Part shown: piece by piece, positions 37,621 through 50,151 of the stretch
Position numbering within the stretch: position 1 is the first letter of the stretch
Layout: every line of letters begins with the position of its first letter
From: Nitrospirales bacterium
GTDB lineage: Bacteria > Nitrospirota > Nitrospiria > Nitrospirales > UBA8639
Assembly (NCBI GenBank): GCA_965223295.1
Contig: CBDCWC010000003.1
Coordinates: 1-64,000 of the forward strand
Reading direction: 5' to 3'
DNA: 64,000 bases
Position numbers and translations under genes: made by a program
Notes under the pieces: generated by a model
The model's database searches: none
Told to the model about the DNA's origin: nothing
Seen by the model: only the letters and a program-made list of their open reading frames with translations

Positions 37621-39036
37621 TTAAATTCTTAGGGCATGTTCAACGCCAGCACGGATTCGTTGGACGGTGCGGTCTTTTCCTAGTAAAGCCATGACTTCAT
37701 AAATGCCTGGGCTGACGGTTCGCCCTGTGAGGGCAACACGCAAAGGTTGTGCGACTTTTCCCATTTTTAACCCATGACGTTCAATCAAACCCTTTAACAT
37801 AGTTTCAAGCGTTTCCTTGGAAAAATCCTGCTCCCTTTCAACCAAATCAGCAAATTCCTTTAAAGCGGGAGCAATGGCCGCATTCAAATGTTTGGTGGCA
37901 GCAGCTTCATCCATTGTGACAGATTCCATAAGATAGGGCGCGGCACCTTCCACCATATCTAACAGGGTCTCTGAACGTTCCCGCAATGGAGGAATTAAGG
38001 CCTCAACCCCTCCAGGAATTCTGCTTATTGCAGCCTGATCATATCCAGCCTTTTGTAAAAATGGCATGAGAGCTTCGGCAACCTGTTTTGACTCATTGTT
38101 TCGAATATATTGTGCATTGACCCATTTCAATTTTTCCGGATTGAAGACTGCGGCCGACGACTGGACATGCTTAAAATCAAAATATTCCACCATTTCTGAA
38201 AGTGAAAAAATTTCCTGATCTCCGTGTGACCACCCCAATCGTACAAGATAGTTGACTAAAGCCTCGGGGAGATAGCCCATTTCCTGATAAGCCAAAACTG
38301 ACGTGGCCCCGTGCCGCTTGGAAAGCCTCGCTTTATCTGAACCCAAAATCATCGGGAGGTGGGCAAATTGAGGAACAGCAAAATCCAAAGCCTCAAAAAG
38401 TGGGACCTGACGTGGAGTATTGTTCACATGATCATCTCCCCGAATCACATGAGAAATATTCATCAGCGCATCATCCACCACAACCGAAAAGTTATAGGTG
38501 GCATACCCGTTCGACCGCAAAATAATGAGATCATCTAAAACACTATTCTCAAAAATAATGTCCCCTTTAATAAGATCATGCACAATCGTTTGCCCCTCTT
38601 GAGGAGCGAGGAACCGTAGAGCTGCAGGTTCAGTGGGTTCAGATATGCCACGGTTTCGACAACGTCCATCGTACTTGACGGATTCACCCCGAGCCTGAGC
38701 CTCTTTCCTCCTCGCCTCTAAGTCTTCTGACGTGCACACACACCAGTAGGCTAACCCACGACCGAACAAATCCATTGCTTTTTCTCGATACAGGGCTAAA
38801 CGATCTGTTTGACGGATAGGCCCTTCATCCCAATCTAATCCTGTCCATTTCATCCCATCAAGAATCGCCTGTATTGCCTCATCTGTGGACCGATCCCGAT
38901 CAGTATCCTCTATACGAAGCACGAAGGTTCCTCCCGAATGTCGCGCAAACAGCCAGTTAAACAAAGCCGTCCGCACACCACCAATATGCAGATACCCTGT
39001 GGGGCTTGGGGCAAATCGTACACGTATATCTTTCAT
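37621..39036 (-). CDS. gltX: Glutamate-tRNA ligase
   Basis: RFAPSPTGYLHIGG, RIEDTD, RGDDH, RLSKR. Confidence 0.97.
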   Translation of the reverse strand: MKDIRVRFAPSPTGYLHIGGVRTALFNWLFARHSGGTFVLRIEDTDRDRSTDEAIQAILDGMKWTGLDWDEGPIRQTDRLALYREKAMDLFGRGLAYWCVCTSEDLEARRKEAQARGESVKYDGRCRNRGISEPTEPAALRFLAPQEGQTIVHDLIKGDIIFENSVLDDLIILRSNGYATYNFSVVVDDALMNISHVIRGDDHVNNTPRQVPLFEALDFAVPQFAHLPMILGSDKARLSKRHGATSVLAYQEMGYLPEALVNYLVRLGWSHGDQEIFSLSEMVEYFDFKHVQSSAAVFNPEKLKWVNAQYIRNNESKQVAEALMPFLQKAGYDQAAISRIPGGVEALIPPLRERSETLLDMVEGAAPYLMESVTMDEAAATKHLNAAIAPALKEFADLVEREQDFSKETLETMLKGLIERHGLKMGKVAQPLRVALTGRTVSPGIYEVMALLGKDRTVQRIRAGVEHALRI

Positions 39037-39326
39037 CGTAGTTTACGTCTCCTTTTTCCTCGCTATTTCAGAGTAGTTTCACTGCCAACTGAAGCTTTCA
39101 CCCTCATCCTTCTCTTCTCCCTGAAAGCAGTAGGAATATTGAAATCTACCATCAGCAAGATAGGTTACGATACTACCCTTTTTATGCCTTCATTGAATTC
39201 GTTGTTACCACTCCCTATCCCGGTTGGAAAGCAGTAACAGCCCTAGGCTTGTGCTTGCCTTTCTTGGGCCCGAGCCGTAAAATTTCGACTGCTCTAAATA
39301 TTGATCGCTGTGAAGGAGACACACAC

Positions 39327-40028
39327 ATGATCCGGCTGATTCGAGAAGGCTCTTCCAAGTACCCCTGGATTCTCAAATTAATTGTGTTGGGGATTGCCAT
39401 CACCTTCATTGGCGGCATGGGCTGGTACGGGTACGAAGCCTCACAACCCAATGCCGTGGCATCTGTTGGGCCCTACACCGTCACCAAGCAAGAATACCTT
39501 CGGGCCAAACAACGCCTCCACCGCTTCTATCGCGACCAACTCAAACAAGAAGACATTAAAGATGAAACAGTACAACAGTTGGCTATAGATGGACTCGTCA
39601 CAAACAAATCCTGGTTAATCCTGGCTGATGAATTCGATCTTTCGGTTTCACCCAAAGAACTCCATGACGCTATCGTGAATCAAAAGGACTTCCAGAAAGA
39701 CGGAGTCTTTGATCCCCAATATTATCAGCGACTTCTCGCCACCAATCATATCAAGCCTCATGACTATGAGCAGCAACGCCGGAATGAACTTCTGATAGAA
39801 AAGGCCAGACTGTTGGTATCAGAGGCCACAACTCTCACCCCATCCGAACTTCAGGAAGTCAAAGACCTTCATGCTCGACAAACATTGGAGGGCGCAGAAC
39901 CTGATATGACCATGTTTGAACAAATCAAAATGCAATTCGTTATGCAAAAGAAGCAACGAGCCATGCAAGCGTTTCAAGCCGCGCTGCGAGCCCGAGGCAA
40001 CATCACCATTCACGATGAATTACTGTAG
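39327..40028 (+). CDS. SurA N-terminal domain (PpiD-like) chaperone
   Basis: N-terminal TM anchor, VASVG, FQKDGVFDPQYY; AAGGAG RBS. Confidence 0.8.
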   Translation: MIRLIREGSSKYPWILKLIVLGIAITFIGGMGWYGYEASQPNAVASVGPYTVTKQEYLRAKQRLHRFYRDQLKQEDIKDETVQQLAIDGLVTNKSWLILADEFDLSVSPKELHDAIVNQKDFQKDGVFDPQYYQRLLATNHIKPHDYEQQRRNELLIEKARLLVSEATTLTPSELQEVKDLHARQTLEGAEPDMTMFEQIKMQFVMQKKQRAMQAFQAALRARGNITIHDELL

Positions 40029-40154
40029 CAGCAAGGCATGAATTGAAAAGGAAAAAATGAAAAGAGATACGTTCGACACAAAGATTCTTGACCCTTAATT
40101 TTCCGCTATTTTCTTTTTCTTTCAACTTACTTCTCACTTTTATCTTTTCCCTTT

Positions 40155-41174
40155 TTACTGAATCAACATAGTATCGCCATAACTATACATGCGATATCGT
40201 TCTCGCACCGCATGGGCATAGGCTTCGCGAACAATTTCCACTCCGGCAAAGGCAGACACTAACATAAGCAAGGTGGTCTCTGGAAAATGAAAATTGGTCA
40301 TTAAAATATCCACGACTTTAAATTGAAAGCCTGGCAAGATAAAGAGTTGTGTTTCCCCAGAACTTGCTTGTATTTCTCCTTGTTTATTCGCGATTGATTC
40401 CAACGTCCGTGCCACAGTTGTTCCGACGGCCACAAGTCGCCCACCATGGTCCCGAACGTTCTGGATTTGTTGAACGACCTCTTCAGACACCTCAAACCAT
40501 TCAGCATGCATTTTATGCTCTTCAACCACATCGGTTTTGACGGGTTGAAAGGTGCCTGGCCCCACATGCAAGGTGACCTTCGCACAAGCGATGTTGTTGT
40601 CAGACAAGGCTTGCAGGAGCCTAGGGGTAAAATGCAAGCTAGCCGTCGGTGCGGCCACCGCGCCTTCTGCTTGTGCAAAGATTGTTTGATAGTCTTCACA
40701 GTCTTGGAGGACGGGTTCTCTCTTGAGATAGGGCGGAAGGGGCATCTCACCATGTTGGCGCAAATACATTTGTAACGTTCCCGGCCCAAGCCAATGGATC
40801 ACCGTCCCTCCGGGTTGTTTTTCGACAACCTTCGCCTGGCCCGTTTCCTGAAATTCTATCAACTGCCCCACCCCTACACGGCCTTTCAGAAGCACGAGTG
40901 CATGTGTGGTATCGATCTCTTTGACAAACAACATGTCAATTTGTCCGCCACTGGGAACTTTTCTCCCCGAAAGACGAGCCGGAATCACTTTGGTGTCGTT
41001 CACCACCAGCAAATCACCCGGTCGAAGAATTTCTGGCAGGTCTTTGACTTGGCGGTCAGCAATCTCACCGTGTTTTCGATCGAGCACGAGCAAACGTGCG
41101 TGATCCCTCGGAGCAATGGGATGCTTCGCAATGAGGGATGGATCAAACGGAAAATTAAAATCTGAAAGATTCAT
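40155..41174 (-). CDS. queA: SAM:tRNA ribosyltransferase-isomerase
   Basis: NDTKVIPARL, PLPPY, YQTIFA, AVAAPTA, TLHVGPGTF, TNFH, YSYGD. Confidence 0.97.
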   Translation of the reverse strand: MNLSDFNFPFDPSLIAKHPIAPRDHARLLVLDRKHGEIADRQVKDLPEILRPGDLLVVNDTKVIPARLSGRKVPSGGQIDMLFVKEIDTTHALVLLKGRVGVGQLIEFQETGQAKVVEKQPGGTVIHWLGPGTLQMYLRQHGEMPLPPYLKREPVLQDCEDYQTIFAQAEGAVAAPTASLHFTPRLLQALSDNNIACAKVTLHVGPGTFQPVKTDVVEEHKMHAEWFEVSEEVVQQIQNVRDHGGRLVAVGTTVARTLESIANKQGEIQASSGETQLFILPGFQFKVVDILMTNFHFPETTLLMLVSAFAGVEIVREAYAHAVRERYRMYSYGDTMLIQ

Positions 41175-41195
41175 GACCAACCAATGGGAAATGCT

Positions 41196-42482
41196 TCAAG
41201 GTTGGTTCGCTGGAGTAAGATCTACACGGCTTAAAGAAAGAAGTCTGGTGTCGGGATAATAATGACGTAAGATGGATTGATAATCGTACCCTAACTGAGC
41301 CATTTCCCGCATACCCCATTGACACATACCCACGGCATGTCCAGCTCCATGGCCAACCACTTGCACCTGAGATCCAACTGATGTAATAGAAAAATTGGTG
41401 CTGAAGATTTTGGAATATCCCACAATGCGTCGCAAATCTTGCCCTCGCACAATAATTTCTCCGAGAGAATGCAGTAGACGTATGCGATCAACCCGGCCAG
41501 AAGGGGTAAACGTATATGGCGTCAACGTCGCAATGGCCCCAACTTGATACCCTTCGTTTCTCAGCTGAAACTCTAAATACTCTAATGTAAATGAGGTCTG
41601 CCACTCATAACGAGGCGCTTGCTCATCAAAGGGGCAATCCACACCTTTCAAATACGGAAGGTCCAAAGCCCATACATACAATGCGTCTTCTGTGGGCCCG
41701 GCTGTCGTTGAAGAATAGGCTGCATAAATAGGACGACGCTCAAATGTCACGACCTGTCCCCTGGTCTCGGATACGGCTTGAAGCACGGATTCCTGACGAG
41801 CCGCATGGCCATGATACACCTGGTCTTGAACACTGGCGACCACATCAAAGAGTTGATCCTGATTCTCGATTTGTTTATACAACACATAAGTACGAGCCGC
41901 GACGGCTTGAGCTTTGAGTGCCTCAAGCGGCCACTTTGGGCTGACTTCCCCTGAAACCACACCTGCTACATAGGTTTCCAGATTAATTCGATTGATGATC
42001 GCAAGGCCCGATGGGGTCTGTTGAATATCTACAGACCCTCGAACAGTCCATTTATTTTTGGTTTTCTGGGTTGAAGAGTTGCTACCACTAGCCAGCACTC
42101 TGACATGGTAGACATCTTCACCTCCCTCTACCAAAAGGGATGAAGCAGAAATCGCTCGGTTATTCAAGAGAAAAGCTTCGCCTTTCCGTGCAATAGTGAC
42201 TCTTGCGGAGATTTTGAAGCGCCTGCCCGAGGGAAACTTCACAAAAAATGGAGACGATGAAGAAATAGCAAGAGACCGCGCCGAATCGGTTAACCCCAGC
42301 CGGATTGCATGTTCAGATGCACCGAAACTCGAAGAGGGAAAGATACATACGGACAAGAAAAGAAGGACAACACTGCAACCAAAACTCAACGACACTTTTT
42401 CACATTTTTCCCCTGGTATGCAGGTGGACTTGGTAAAAGAACCAGGGAGATAAGACGGGAGAAGCCGGAACAATTCGATCAT
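41196..42482 (-). CDS. SpoIID/LytB domain protein
   Basis: LETYVAGVV..EALKAQAVAARTY, DQVY, GHAVGMCQWG, ILRHYYP. Confidence 0.92.
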   Translation of the reverse strand: MIELFRLLPSYLPGSFTKSTCIPGEKCEKVSLSFGCSVVLLFLSVCIFPSSSFGASEHAIRLGLTDSARSLAISSSSPFFVKFPSGRRFKISARVTIARKGEAFLLNNRAISASSLLVEGGEDVYHVRVLASGSNSSTQKTKNKWTVRGSVDIQQTPSGLAIINRINLETYVAGVVSGEVSPKWPLEALKAQAVAARTYVLYKQIENQDQLFDVVASVQDQVYHGHAARQESVLQAVSETRGQVVTFERRPIYAAYSSTTAGPTEDALYVWALDLPYLKGVDCPFDEQAPRYEWQTSFTLEYLEFQLRNEGYQVGAIATLTPYTFTPSGRVDRIRLLHSLGEIIVRGQDLRRIVGYSKIFSTNFSITSVGSQVQVVGHGAGHAVGMCQWGMREMAQLGYDYQSILRHYYPDTRLLSLSRVDLTPANQP

Positions 42483-42521
42483 GGGTACAGACAGAGCATG
42501 AATCTCAAATGAGTACGCCTT

Positions 42522-43535
42522 TCATTTTAGAAGCGTCTCTGCGATCTGCACAGCATTCAACGCCGCTCCTTTCCGCAAATTGTCCGCCACCACCCAGAGG
42601 TTCAAGCCATTGGGAATTGATTCATCCTCTCGTACTCGGCCCACATACACATCATCCGTTCCTACGACATCGATCGGGAGAGGATACAGGCTTCGACTCG
42701 GATCATCATACACTTGGATACCCGGTGCCGCGGCCAATAACGCTCTGGCCTCATTCGCAACCAGTTTTCGTTCAGTTTCAATATTGATCGATTCGGAATG
42801 GCAGACAAAGACAGGGACGCGAACGGTTGTGGCCGTCACCTGAATGGAAGAATCTCCAAATATTTTTTGGGTTTCATTCACCATTTTCATTTCTTCTTTG
42901 GAATAGCCGGTGGGCAGAAAGTCGTCGATATGCGGCAAGCAATTAAACGCAATCTGATGAGGATAGACTTCCGTCTTGACCTCACTCATTCCCAAAAGTT
43001 TTCGTGTTTGCTCCGCTAATTCTTCCATGGCTTCTTTCCCTGTCCCCGACACCGATTGAAAAGTCGTCACAATAATTCGTTTGATCTTCACCGCATCATG
43101 CAGGGGTTTGAGCGCGACCACCATTTGAATGGTGGAACAGTTGGGGTTTGCAATGAGCCCTTGATGTGTATCAAGCGCTAGAGCATTCACTTCAGGAACC
43201 ACAAGCGGGACTTTCGGGTCCATCCGCCATGCTGAACTATTATCGACCACCACTGCACCAGCTTTGACGGCAATTGGCCCAAACTCTTTACTAATACCTG
43301 CCCCAGCTGAAAATAAGGCCAGGTCGACCCCTTTAAAAGAATCAGATTGAAGAACTTTTACCGGGAGGTCTTGATTGCGGAACGTGACTTCATGGCCCTC
43401 TGATCGAGCAGATGCCAATGGGATTAAATCTCCGACAGGGAACTTCCGTTCTTCTAGAACCTGAATCATCTCTGTCCCGACAGCTCCAGTTGCCCCCACC
43501 ACGGCTACGGTATAGGCTATTTTTTTCGTGTTCAT
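42522..43535 (-). CDS. asd: Aspartate-semialdehyde dehydrogenase
   Basis: GATGAVG, NPNCST, QSVSGTG, DNLRKGAA. Confidence 0.97.
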   Translation of the reverse strand: MNTKKIAYTVAVVGATGAVGTEMIQVLEERKFPVGDLIPLASARSEGHEVTFRNQDLPVKVLQSDSFKGVDLALFSAGAGISKEFGPIAVKAGAVVVDNSSAWRMDPKVPLVVPEVNALALDTHQGLIANPNCSTIQMVVALKPLHDAVKIKRIIVTTFQSVSGTGKEAMEELAEQTRKLLGMSEVKTEVYPHQIAFNCLPHIDDFLPTGYSKEEMKMVNETQKIFGDSSIQVTATTVRVPVFVCHSESINIETERKLVANEARALLAAAPGIQVYDDPSRSLYPLPIDVVGTDDVYVGRVREDESIPNGLNLWVVADNLRKGAALNAVQIAETLLK

Positions 43536-43544
43536 GTCTGACTA

Positions 43545-44753
43545 TCAGACCGCAATAAATCGAATGCGGTGATTAAAGGTATCAGCGATTGCAATATTTC
43601 CTGAAGCATCGATAGTTACGCCAAAAGGAAAATTCAAAGCACTGTCGGAAGGTCTCATATCGTCACTTGAAAATGCCGCCTGTCCAGACCCCGCGACAAC
43701 ACTCATCTCTTTTTCTTGAGGATTCCATCGCCTGAGCAGATGGTTATCTGAATCAGTAATCAGTACATGTCCTTCCGACGTGACGGCAATCCCATAGGGC
43801 CGCGATAACGCCGTGGCCCGTTCATTGGCACCTCGTTCATAACGGAACTCCTCACCATTTCCGGCGAACGTTGAAATGACTCCTGAATCGTTGTCAATCC
43901 TTCGAATACGCCCATTAAACGTATCAGCCACATAGAGATTGCCTTCTCTATCAAGAGCCAGTCCACTTGGACCAGCCAAACCAGCTTCAACGGCTGGCAT
44001 GCCATCTCCGTTGTAACCCGAATCCCCGGTACCCGCATATGTGGTCACAATCTGCGTTTCAAGATTCAACAGACGAATACGATTATTGCTTTGATCTGCA
44101 ATGTATAAGCTAGACCCATAGATAGCCAATGCAACCGGTTCATTCAGGGAAGTTGTGTTACCTAGACCACCATCCCCGCTCCATTTGGTCTGTCCGGTTC
44201 CAACCACGGTCTGAATAGTTCCAGTGTGAGCATCAACAGAACGAATACGATGATTCAGGGTATCAGCAATATACAACGTTCCATGTTCATCGATCACGAC
44301 AGCCGAAGGAAAATTTAATAACGCCTGCGTAGCCAATCCCCCGTCTCCCGCAAAGCGGTCTCGTCCCATCCCCTGTCCGACTACATAGCGAACGGTCCCA
44401 CTTAAATCAGGTGTTTGCGTGTAGGCTTTATCTGGACTATCGTCGACATCAGCCAAAGGATCGATTTCTTCTACTGGCTGCTCAGATGCAACCTGAGAAG
44501 GAGCCTGTTGAGCTCTCATAGATGATTGAGGAGAGGATCCTGCTACTGTTTCAATAATACCTGATGCCCGCAAGACACGACGGATGACATGATTTTCAGA
44601 ATCAGCAATGTACAGGTTTCCCTCAGCATCAAAACAGAGGTTTTTCGGCTCGTTCAAGCACGCCAGGGTCGCCAAAGCCCCATCTCCAGCGTAACCCGGC
44701 TCACCATTTCCAGCCACCGTGGATAATAGTCCCTTTGGGCATTGATCGATCAT
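43545..44753 (-). CDS. NHL-repeat beta-propeller protein
   Basis: Six or more repeats GDGG.A..A.LN.P..GNLYIAD..NHRIR. Confidence 0.9.
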   Translation of the reverse strand: MIDQCPKGLLSTVAGNGEPGYAGDGALATLACLNEPKNLCFDAEGNLYIADSENHVIRRVLRASGIIETVAGSSPQSSMRAQQAPSQVASEQPVEEIDPLADVDDSPDKAYTQTPDLSGTVRYVVGQGMGRDRFAGDGGLATQALLNFPSAVVIDEHGTLYIADTLNHRIRSVDAHTGTIQTVVGTGQTKWSGDGGLGNTTSLNEPVALAIYGSSLYIADQSNNRIRLLNLETQIVTTYAGTGDSGYNGDGMPAVEAGLAGPSGLALDREGNLYVADTFNGRIRRIDNDSGVISTFAGNGEEFRYERGANERATALSRPYGIAVTSEGHVLITDSDNHLLRRWNPQEKEMSVVAGSGQAAFSSDDMRPSDSALNFPFGVTIDASGNIAIADTFNHRIRFIAV

Positions 44754-45832
44754 GCAACCAGCTCTTTTAACTGCTTCACGATTTGATCGCCCATTTCTTT
44801 GGTGCCAAGAAGTGTCGTTCCGGGACCTTCGATATCCTTTGTCCGATAACCCTGCTCCAGCGTTTTTTGAATTGCTTTCTCAATCAATTGCGCCTCTTTT
44901 GGCAAATCACACGCATAGGTCAACATCATCGCCACAGATGCCATCATGCCAATAGGATTCGCCATATTTTTCCCCGCAATGTCTGGAGCACTCCCGTGAA
45001 TCGGTTCAAACATGCCGACCGTAGCTCCAACACTGGCTGAAGGCAGCATTCCAATTGAGCCGGTCAGCATAGCCGCTTCATCACTTAAAATATCGCCAAA
45101 TAAATTTGTTGTCACAATGACATCAAACTGTTTCGGATACCGCACCAACTGCATCGCGCAATTATCCACGTACATATGACGTAATTCCACATCTGAAAAA
45201 TCTTTATGTACGTTGATGACTTCCCGGCGCCAAAGTTCTGAAGACTCCAACACATTCGCCTTATCAATTGAATGCACCAATCCTCGACGTTTTCGAGCAG
45301 CCTCGAACGCCACCTTCGCAATCCGGTGAATTTCCTCCGTCGAATAGACTTCAGTATTAAATCCTCGATGCCCAGTTGCCGTTTCTTCAATGCCTTTGGG
45401 TTTTCCAAAATAAATTCCGCCAGTTAATTCACGAACTACCAGAACATCAATGCCATCGACAACCTCCGGCTTCAAGCTTGACGCTTCAATTAACGGAGAA
45501 TACATTTTGGCGGGGCGAAGATTTGCAAAGAGCCCCAATTGTTCGCGCAAACCCAGTAAGGCTCGTTCGGGACGGCGCTCATAGTCTAAACCTTCCCATT
45601 TCGGACCCCCAACAGCCCCAAGGAGTACAGCATCGCTTGACTTGGCCAACTCCAAGGTTTCCGCTGGCAAAGGAAAGCCTGTGGCGTCAATAGCCGCCCC
45701 GCCAACTTGTGCCGTCGTCAATGTAAACGTCCGGCCACAGACCTCTCCAATCGTCTCCAAGACCCGTACTGCTTGTGGCATAATTTCAGGGCCGATGCCA
45801 TCACCCGGCAACACCGCAATTTGTGTGTTCAT
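44750..45832 (-). CDS. leuB: 3-isopropylmalate dehydrogenase
   Basis: [44 protein letters not shown]. Confidence 0.97.
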   Translation of the reverse strand: MNTQIAVLPGDGIGPEIMPQAVRVLETIGEVCGRTFTLTTAQVGGAAIDATGFPLPAETLELAKSSDAVLLGAVGGPKWEGLDYERRPERALLGLREQLGLFANLRPAKMYSPLIEASSLKPEVVDGIDVLVVRELTGGIYFGKPKGIEETATGHRGFNTEVYSTEEIHRIAKVAFEAARKRRGLVHSIDKANVLESSELWRREVINVHKDFSDVELRHMYVDNCAMQLVRYPKQFDVIVTTNLFGDILSDEAAMLTGSIGMLPSASVGATVGMFEPIHGSAPDIAGKNMANPIGMMASVAMMLTYACDLPKEAQLIEKAIQKTLEQGYRTKDIEGPGTTLLGTKEMGDQIVKQLKELVA

Positions 45833-45983
45833 GACTCCTCCAGCAAACTCAATTCTATGAAAATATGAAAGTCGCCTAAGCTATCGCTATGAATTTCTTG
45901 ACCACAATCAGACCTATTGCGTGATGAGAGATAACGTAAAGACAGGACTTATCGTTGAGGCTTATGTGTGAGGCTCTTTTTGG

Positions 45984-47531
45984 TTAACACAATCCAATTT
46001 TTTGTTCGGCTCTCGCATGACGTTCTATTAAGTCTGCCAATTTATTCAGCGCGTTCAGATACGCTTGTGCAGATGCAATAATGATATCGGTATCAGAACC
46101 ATGTCCGGTCACCACTTCTCCACCTTCTTCAACCCTCACAGATACTTCTCCCTGGGCATCGGTGCCTCCAGTGATAGCTTTCACAATATAGGCCCGCAGA
46201 TGACTTTTCGTTTCTGTCAACGACGCGATCGTATGATAGACAGCATCGACCGGCCCATCACCTGTTCCCGTTTGACTCTTCAACTCTCCATTGATAAGTA
46301 GTTGGACAGTAGCGGATGGGCGTTCGGCCAATCCACTTTCTACCTTTAACCCTTTTAAGGAAAAGCGTTCAGGCACTTTGGTCACGGCCTTATTTACAAT
46401 GGTTTCCAAATCCTCCTCAAACAACTCCTTTTTCTGATCAGCTAGCCGTTTAAATCGTTCAAACGCTTCTTGCAACTCCCCATCTGACAAAGTATAGCCT
46501 AACTTCACAAGCTCTTCCCGGAAGGCATGACGTCCCGACAGCTTTCCCATAACCAGGCGGCTCTGAGTTAAGCCGATCGATTCAGGGCGAATAATTTCAT
46601 AGGTGTTTTTATCCTTGAGCAACCCATCTTGATGAATGCCCGAGGTATGGGCAAACGCATTGGTTCCCACAATCGCTTTATTGGGCTGCACCACCATCCC
46701 AGTAATATTGCTCACCAAACGGCTGGACTTCGAGATTTCTTCGGTTTGAATTTGCGTGTCGGCTTGATAAAAATCTTTGCGTGTGCGCAACCCCATCGCA
46801 ATTTCTTCTAGTGACGCATTCCCTGCCCGTTCCCCAATTCCATTCACCGTACATTCCACTTGCCCGGCACCTGCATGGATGGCCGCCATTGAATTGGCCA
46901 CCGCCAAACCTAAATCATTGTGACAATGCACTGAAATAATCGCCTGATCCACGCCTCGGACTTTCGTACACAACGTCTTGATGATCTCCCCAAACTCTTG
47001 CGGCGTGGTATAGCCCACCGTATCGGGAATATTGACCGTACCTGCCCCTGCCTCAACAACCGCTTCGACCACTTCACAAAGATAGGAGAGAGCTGAGCGC
47101 GTGGCATCCATCGGCGAGTATTCAACGTCGTCCACATAACTTCTTGCATGACGAACCATTTCGACGGCTCGCTTTAAAGCTTGGTCACGAGTCATTCGAA
47201 ACTGGTGTTTCAAATGAATATCCGACGATGATAAAAATGTATGGATACGGCATTTGGGTGCGCCCTTCAACGCTTCCCACGCCCGGTCAATATCTTCAGG
47301 CTTAGCCCGAGCCAAACTACAAATCACCGGACCCTCGACTTCTTGTGCAATACGATGCACGGCTTCAAAGTCCCCCGGTGAGCTGAAGGCAAACCCTGCT
47401 TCAATAATATCCACGTTCAAACGGGCCAATTGTTTTGCCACAAGGAGTTTTTCTTCGATATTCATGCTGGCACCCGGAGATTGCTCTCCATCCCGCAACG
47501 TTGTATCAAAGATCCGAATCATTCGTGTCAT
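45984..47531 (-). CDS. leuA: 2-isopropylmalate synthase
   Basis: DTTLRDGEQ, HCHNDLGLA, GERAGNA, regulatory domain GDGPVDA. Confidence 0.97.
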   Translation of the reverse strand: MTRMIRIFDTTLRDGEQSPGASMNIEEKLLVAKQLARLNVDIIEAGFAFSSPGDFEAVHRIAQEVEGPVICSLARAKPEDIDRAWEALKGAPKCRIHTFLSSSDIHLKHQFRMTRDQALKRAVEMVRHARSYVDDVEYSPMDATRSALSYLCEVVEAVVEAGAGTVNIPDTVGYTTPQEFGEIIKTLCTKVRGVDQAIISVHCHNDLGLAVANSMAAIHAGAGQVECTVNGIGERAGNASLEEIAMGLRTRKDFYQADTQIQTEEISKSSRLVSNITGMVVQPNKAIVGTNAFAHTSGIHQDGLLKDKNTYEIIRPESIGLTQSRLVMGKLSGRHAFREELVKLGYTLSDGELQEAFERFKRLADQKKELFEEDLETIVNKAVTKVPERFSLKGLKVESGLAERPSATVQLLINGELKSQTGTGDGPVDAVYHTIASLTETKSHLRAYIVKAITGGTDAQGEVSVRVEEGGEVVTGHGSDTDIIIASAQAYLNALNKLADLIERHARAEQKIGLC

Positions 47532-47592
47532 GATTTGGGTCCTCCTTGGTGAAATGGCCTATCGTGCTTTCCCGATTCTATTCTCATATTCG

Positions 47593-48363
47593 CTACTTGG
47601 GGAATTCATCTGATTGAACATCAACTTTTGATTTTTCCTCGCTCATTCCTGCAACCCATTTCCATCCCTGCTCAACCACCCCGGACAACGTATAGGAGGC
47701 AAAGACCACAAATAACATGGCTTGAGGATAGGCCAACACAGCCATAAAAATAAGGACGGCATAGACCAAGTAATTAAAGTGATGATGTTCTTGCGCTTTT
47801 AACTCTTTTAGGCTGCGATATCGAAACGTACTCACCATTAAAAATGCCAGAGACAGAGTTAGGATAATTCCCAAAATCGGTTTTATACTTTCGCCTAATG
47901 CCACTACATGATGATCAAAAATTACTAACGTCGCAATTACGCCCGCGGCACCGGGAATAGGCAGACCAGTGAATGGCTTATCATTGTTGCTCGTCGTGGC
48001 CAAGACATTATGCCGCGCCAAACGCAACGCACCACAGGCTACAAATGCAAACATCACAGCTGCGCCCAACATTTTGGGCGTGCTGAGAGCCCAAACATAC
48101 ATCAACAAACCTGGGGCCACACCAAATGAGACCACATCGCCCAATGAATCATATTGCAAGCCAAAGTCACTCGTACTTTTCATCAAACGAGCTGTCGTCC
48201 CATCCAGCACATCAAAGACAATGGCAACCAGGATCGCAACCGCTGCAGCCTCAAAGTTTCCCCCAAACACAAAAAGAATCGCGGCAAGTCCACTAAATAA
48301 ATTGCCAGTAGTCAGAATATTGGGAATCAGCGAGACCACCCGACGTCTTCGTGGCTGCTTCAT
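47593..48363 (-). CDS. pssA: CDP-diacylglycerol-serine O-phosphatidyltransferase
   Basis: PNILT, DVLDG..AR..FGLQYDSLGDVVSFGVAP, LRLAR, FTGLPIP. Confidence 0.93.
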   Translation of the reverse strand: MKQPRRRRVVSLIPNILTTGNLFSGLAAILFVFGGNFEAAAVAILVAIVFDVLDGTTARLMKSTSDFGLQYDSLGDVVSFGVAPGLLMYVWALSTPKMLGAAVMFAFVACGALRLARHNVLATTSNNDKPFTGLPIPGAAGVIATLVIFDHHVVALGESIKPILGIILTLSLAFLMVSTFRYRSLKELKAQEHHHFNYLVYAVLIFMAVLAYPQAMLFVVFASYTLSGVVEQGWKWVAGMSEEKSKVDVQSDEFPK

Positions 48364-49025
48364 GAAATTTCCGCGCATGGCACCTCCGCTAACACTGACG
48401 ACCCGCCTTTCACTTTGGAGCCAACACCAACCCGAACCGTACTGGCTTCGGGAAGATACACATCCATCCGTGACCCAAATCGAATCAAGCCGAACCGTTC
48501 ACCCTTTTCCACTTGCTCTCCCGGGACCACCCAAGAGACAATGCGCCTCGCAACCAACCCCGCGATTTGCACACACAGTATCTTGACACCATCGGAACGA
48601 CGCAACATTAGGGCATTCTGTTCATTCATATCAGACGCCTCTGGCTGATTCGCCATCACGAATTTCCCTGGTTGATAGACCATATCCTGCACCGTACCCC
48701 CAACAGGCATTCTGTTGATATGCACATCAAATACATTGAGAAAGATACTAATACGAATGCTCTGTTCTTTCAAAAATCGATGTTCAAACTCTGACTCCAC
48801 AGCAACAACCGTCCCATCACCTGGCGAGACCACAACCTGCTCCTCTACAGGGATCGTTCGGGCAGGGTTTCGAAAAAACCATGTGACAAAGAGGGTAACC
48901 AGTCCGAAAAAGAAAGCCACCCACGTTGCTCCCATTGCCCAGGTTCCTAGAGTCAACCCTGCGCCAATGAGAATAAAGGGAACACCTTCTTTGGCGACGG
49001 GAATGCCTTGAGCCCGATCAGCCAT
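48360..49025 (-). CDS. psd: Phosphatidylserine decarboxylase
   Basis: FFRNP, FDVHINRMP, QIAGLVARRI, IRFGSR. Confidence 0.95.
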   Translation of the reverse strand: MADRAQGIPVAKEGVPFILIGAGLTLGTWAMGATWVAFFFGLVTLFVTWFFRNPARTIPVEEQVVVSPGDGTVVAVESEFEHRFLKEQSIRISIFLNVFDVHINRMPVGGTVQDMVYQPGKFVMANQPEASDMNEQNALMLRRSDGVKILCVQIAGLVARRIVSWVVPGEQVEKGERFGLIRFGSRMDVYLPEASTVRVGVGSKVKGGSSVLAEVPCAEIS

Positions 49026-49040
49026 ACGTGTGATATCTCA

Positions 49041-50075
<1,035 letters not shown>

Positions 50076-50151
50076 TTAGAAATACGTTTTGGGCCCTGTC
50101 TTCAACAGAGACAGAACACAGACGTTATTTGGTTAAAATGAGGCGATCTGA

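Noticed and set aside
47969-48586. 205-aa plus-strand ORF and similar antisense ORFs over housekeeping genes
   Set aside because: Antisense shadows of pssA/psd and other well-supported genes
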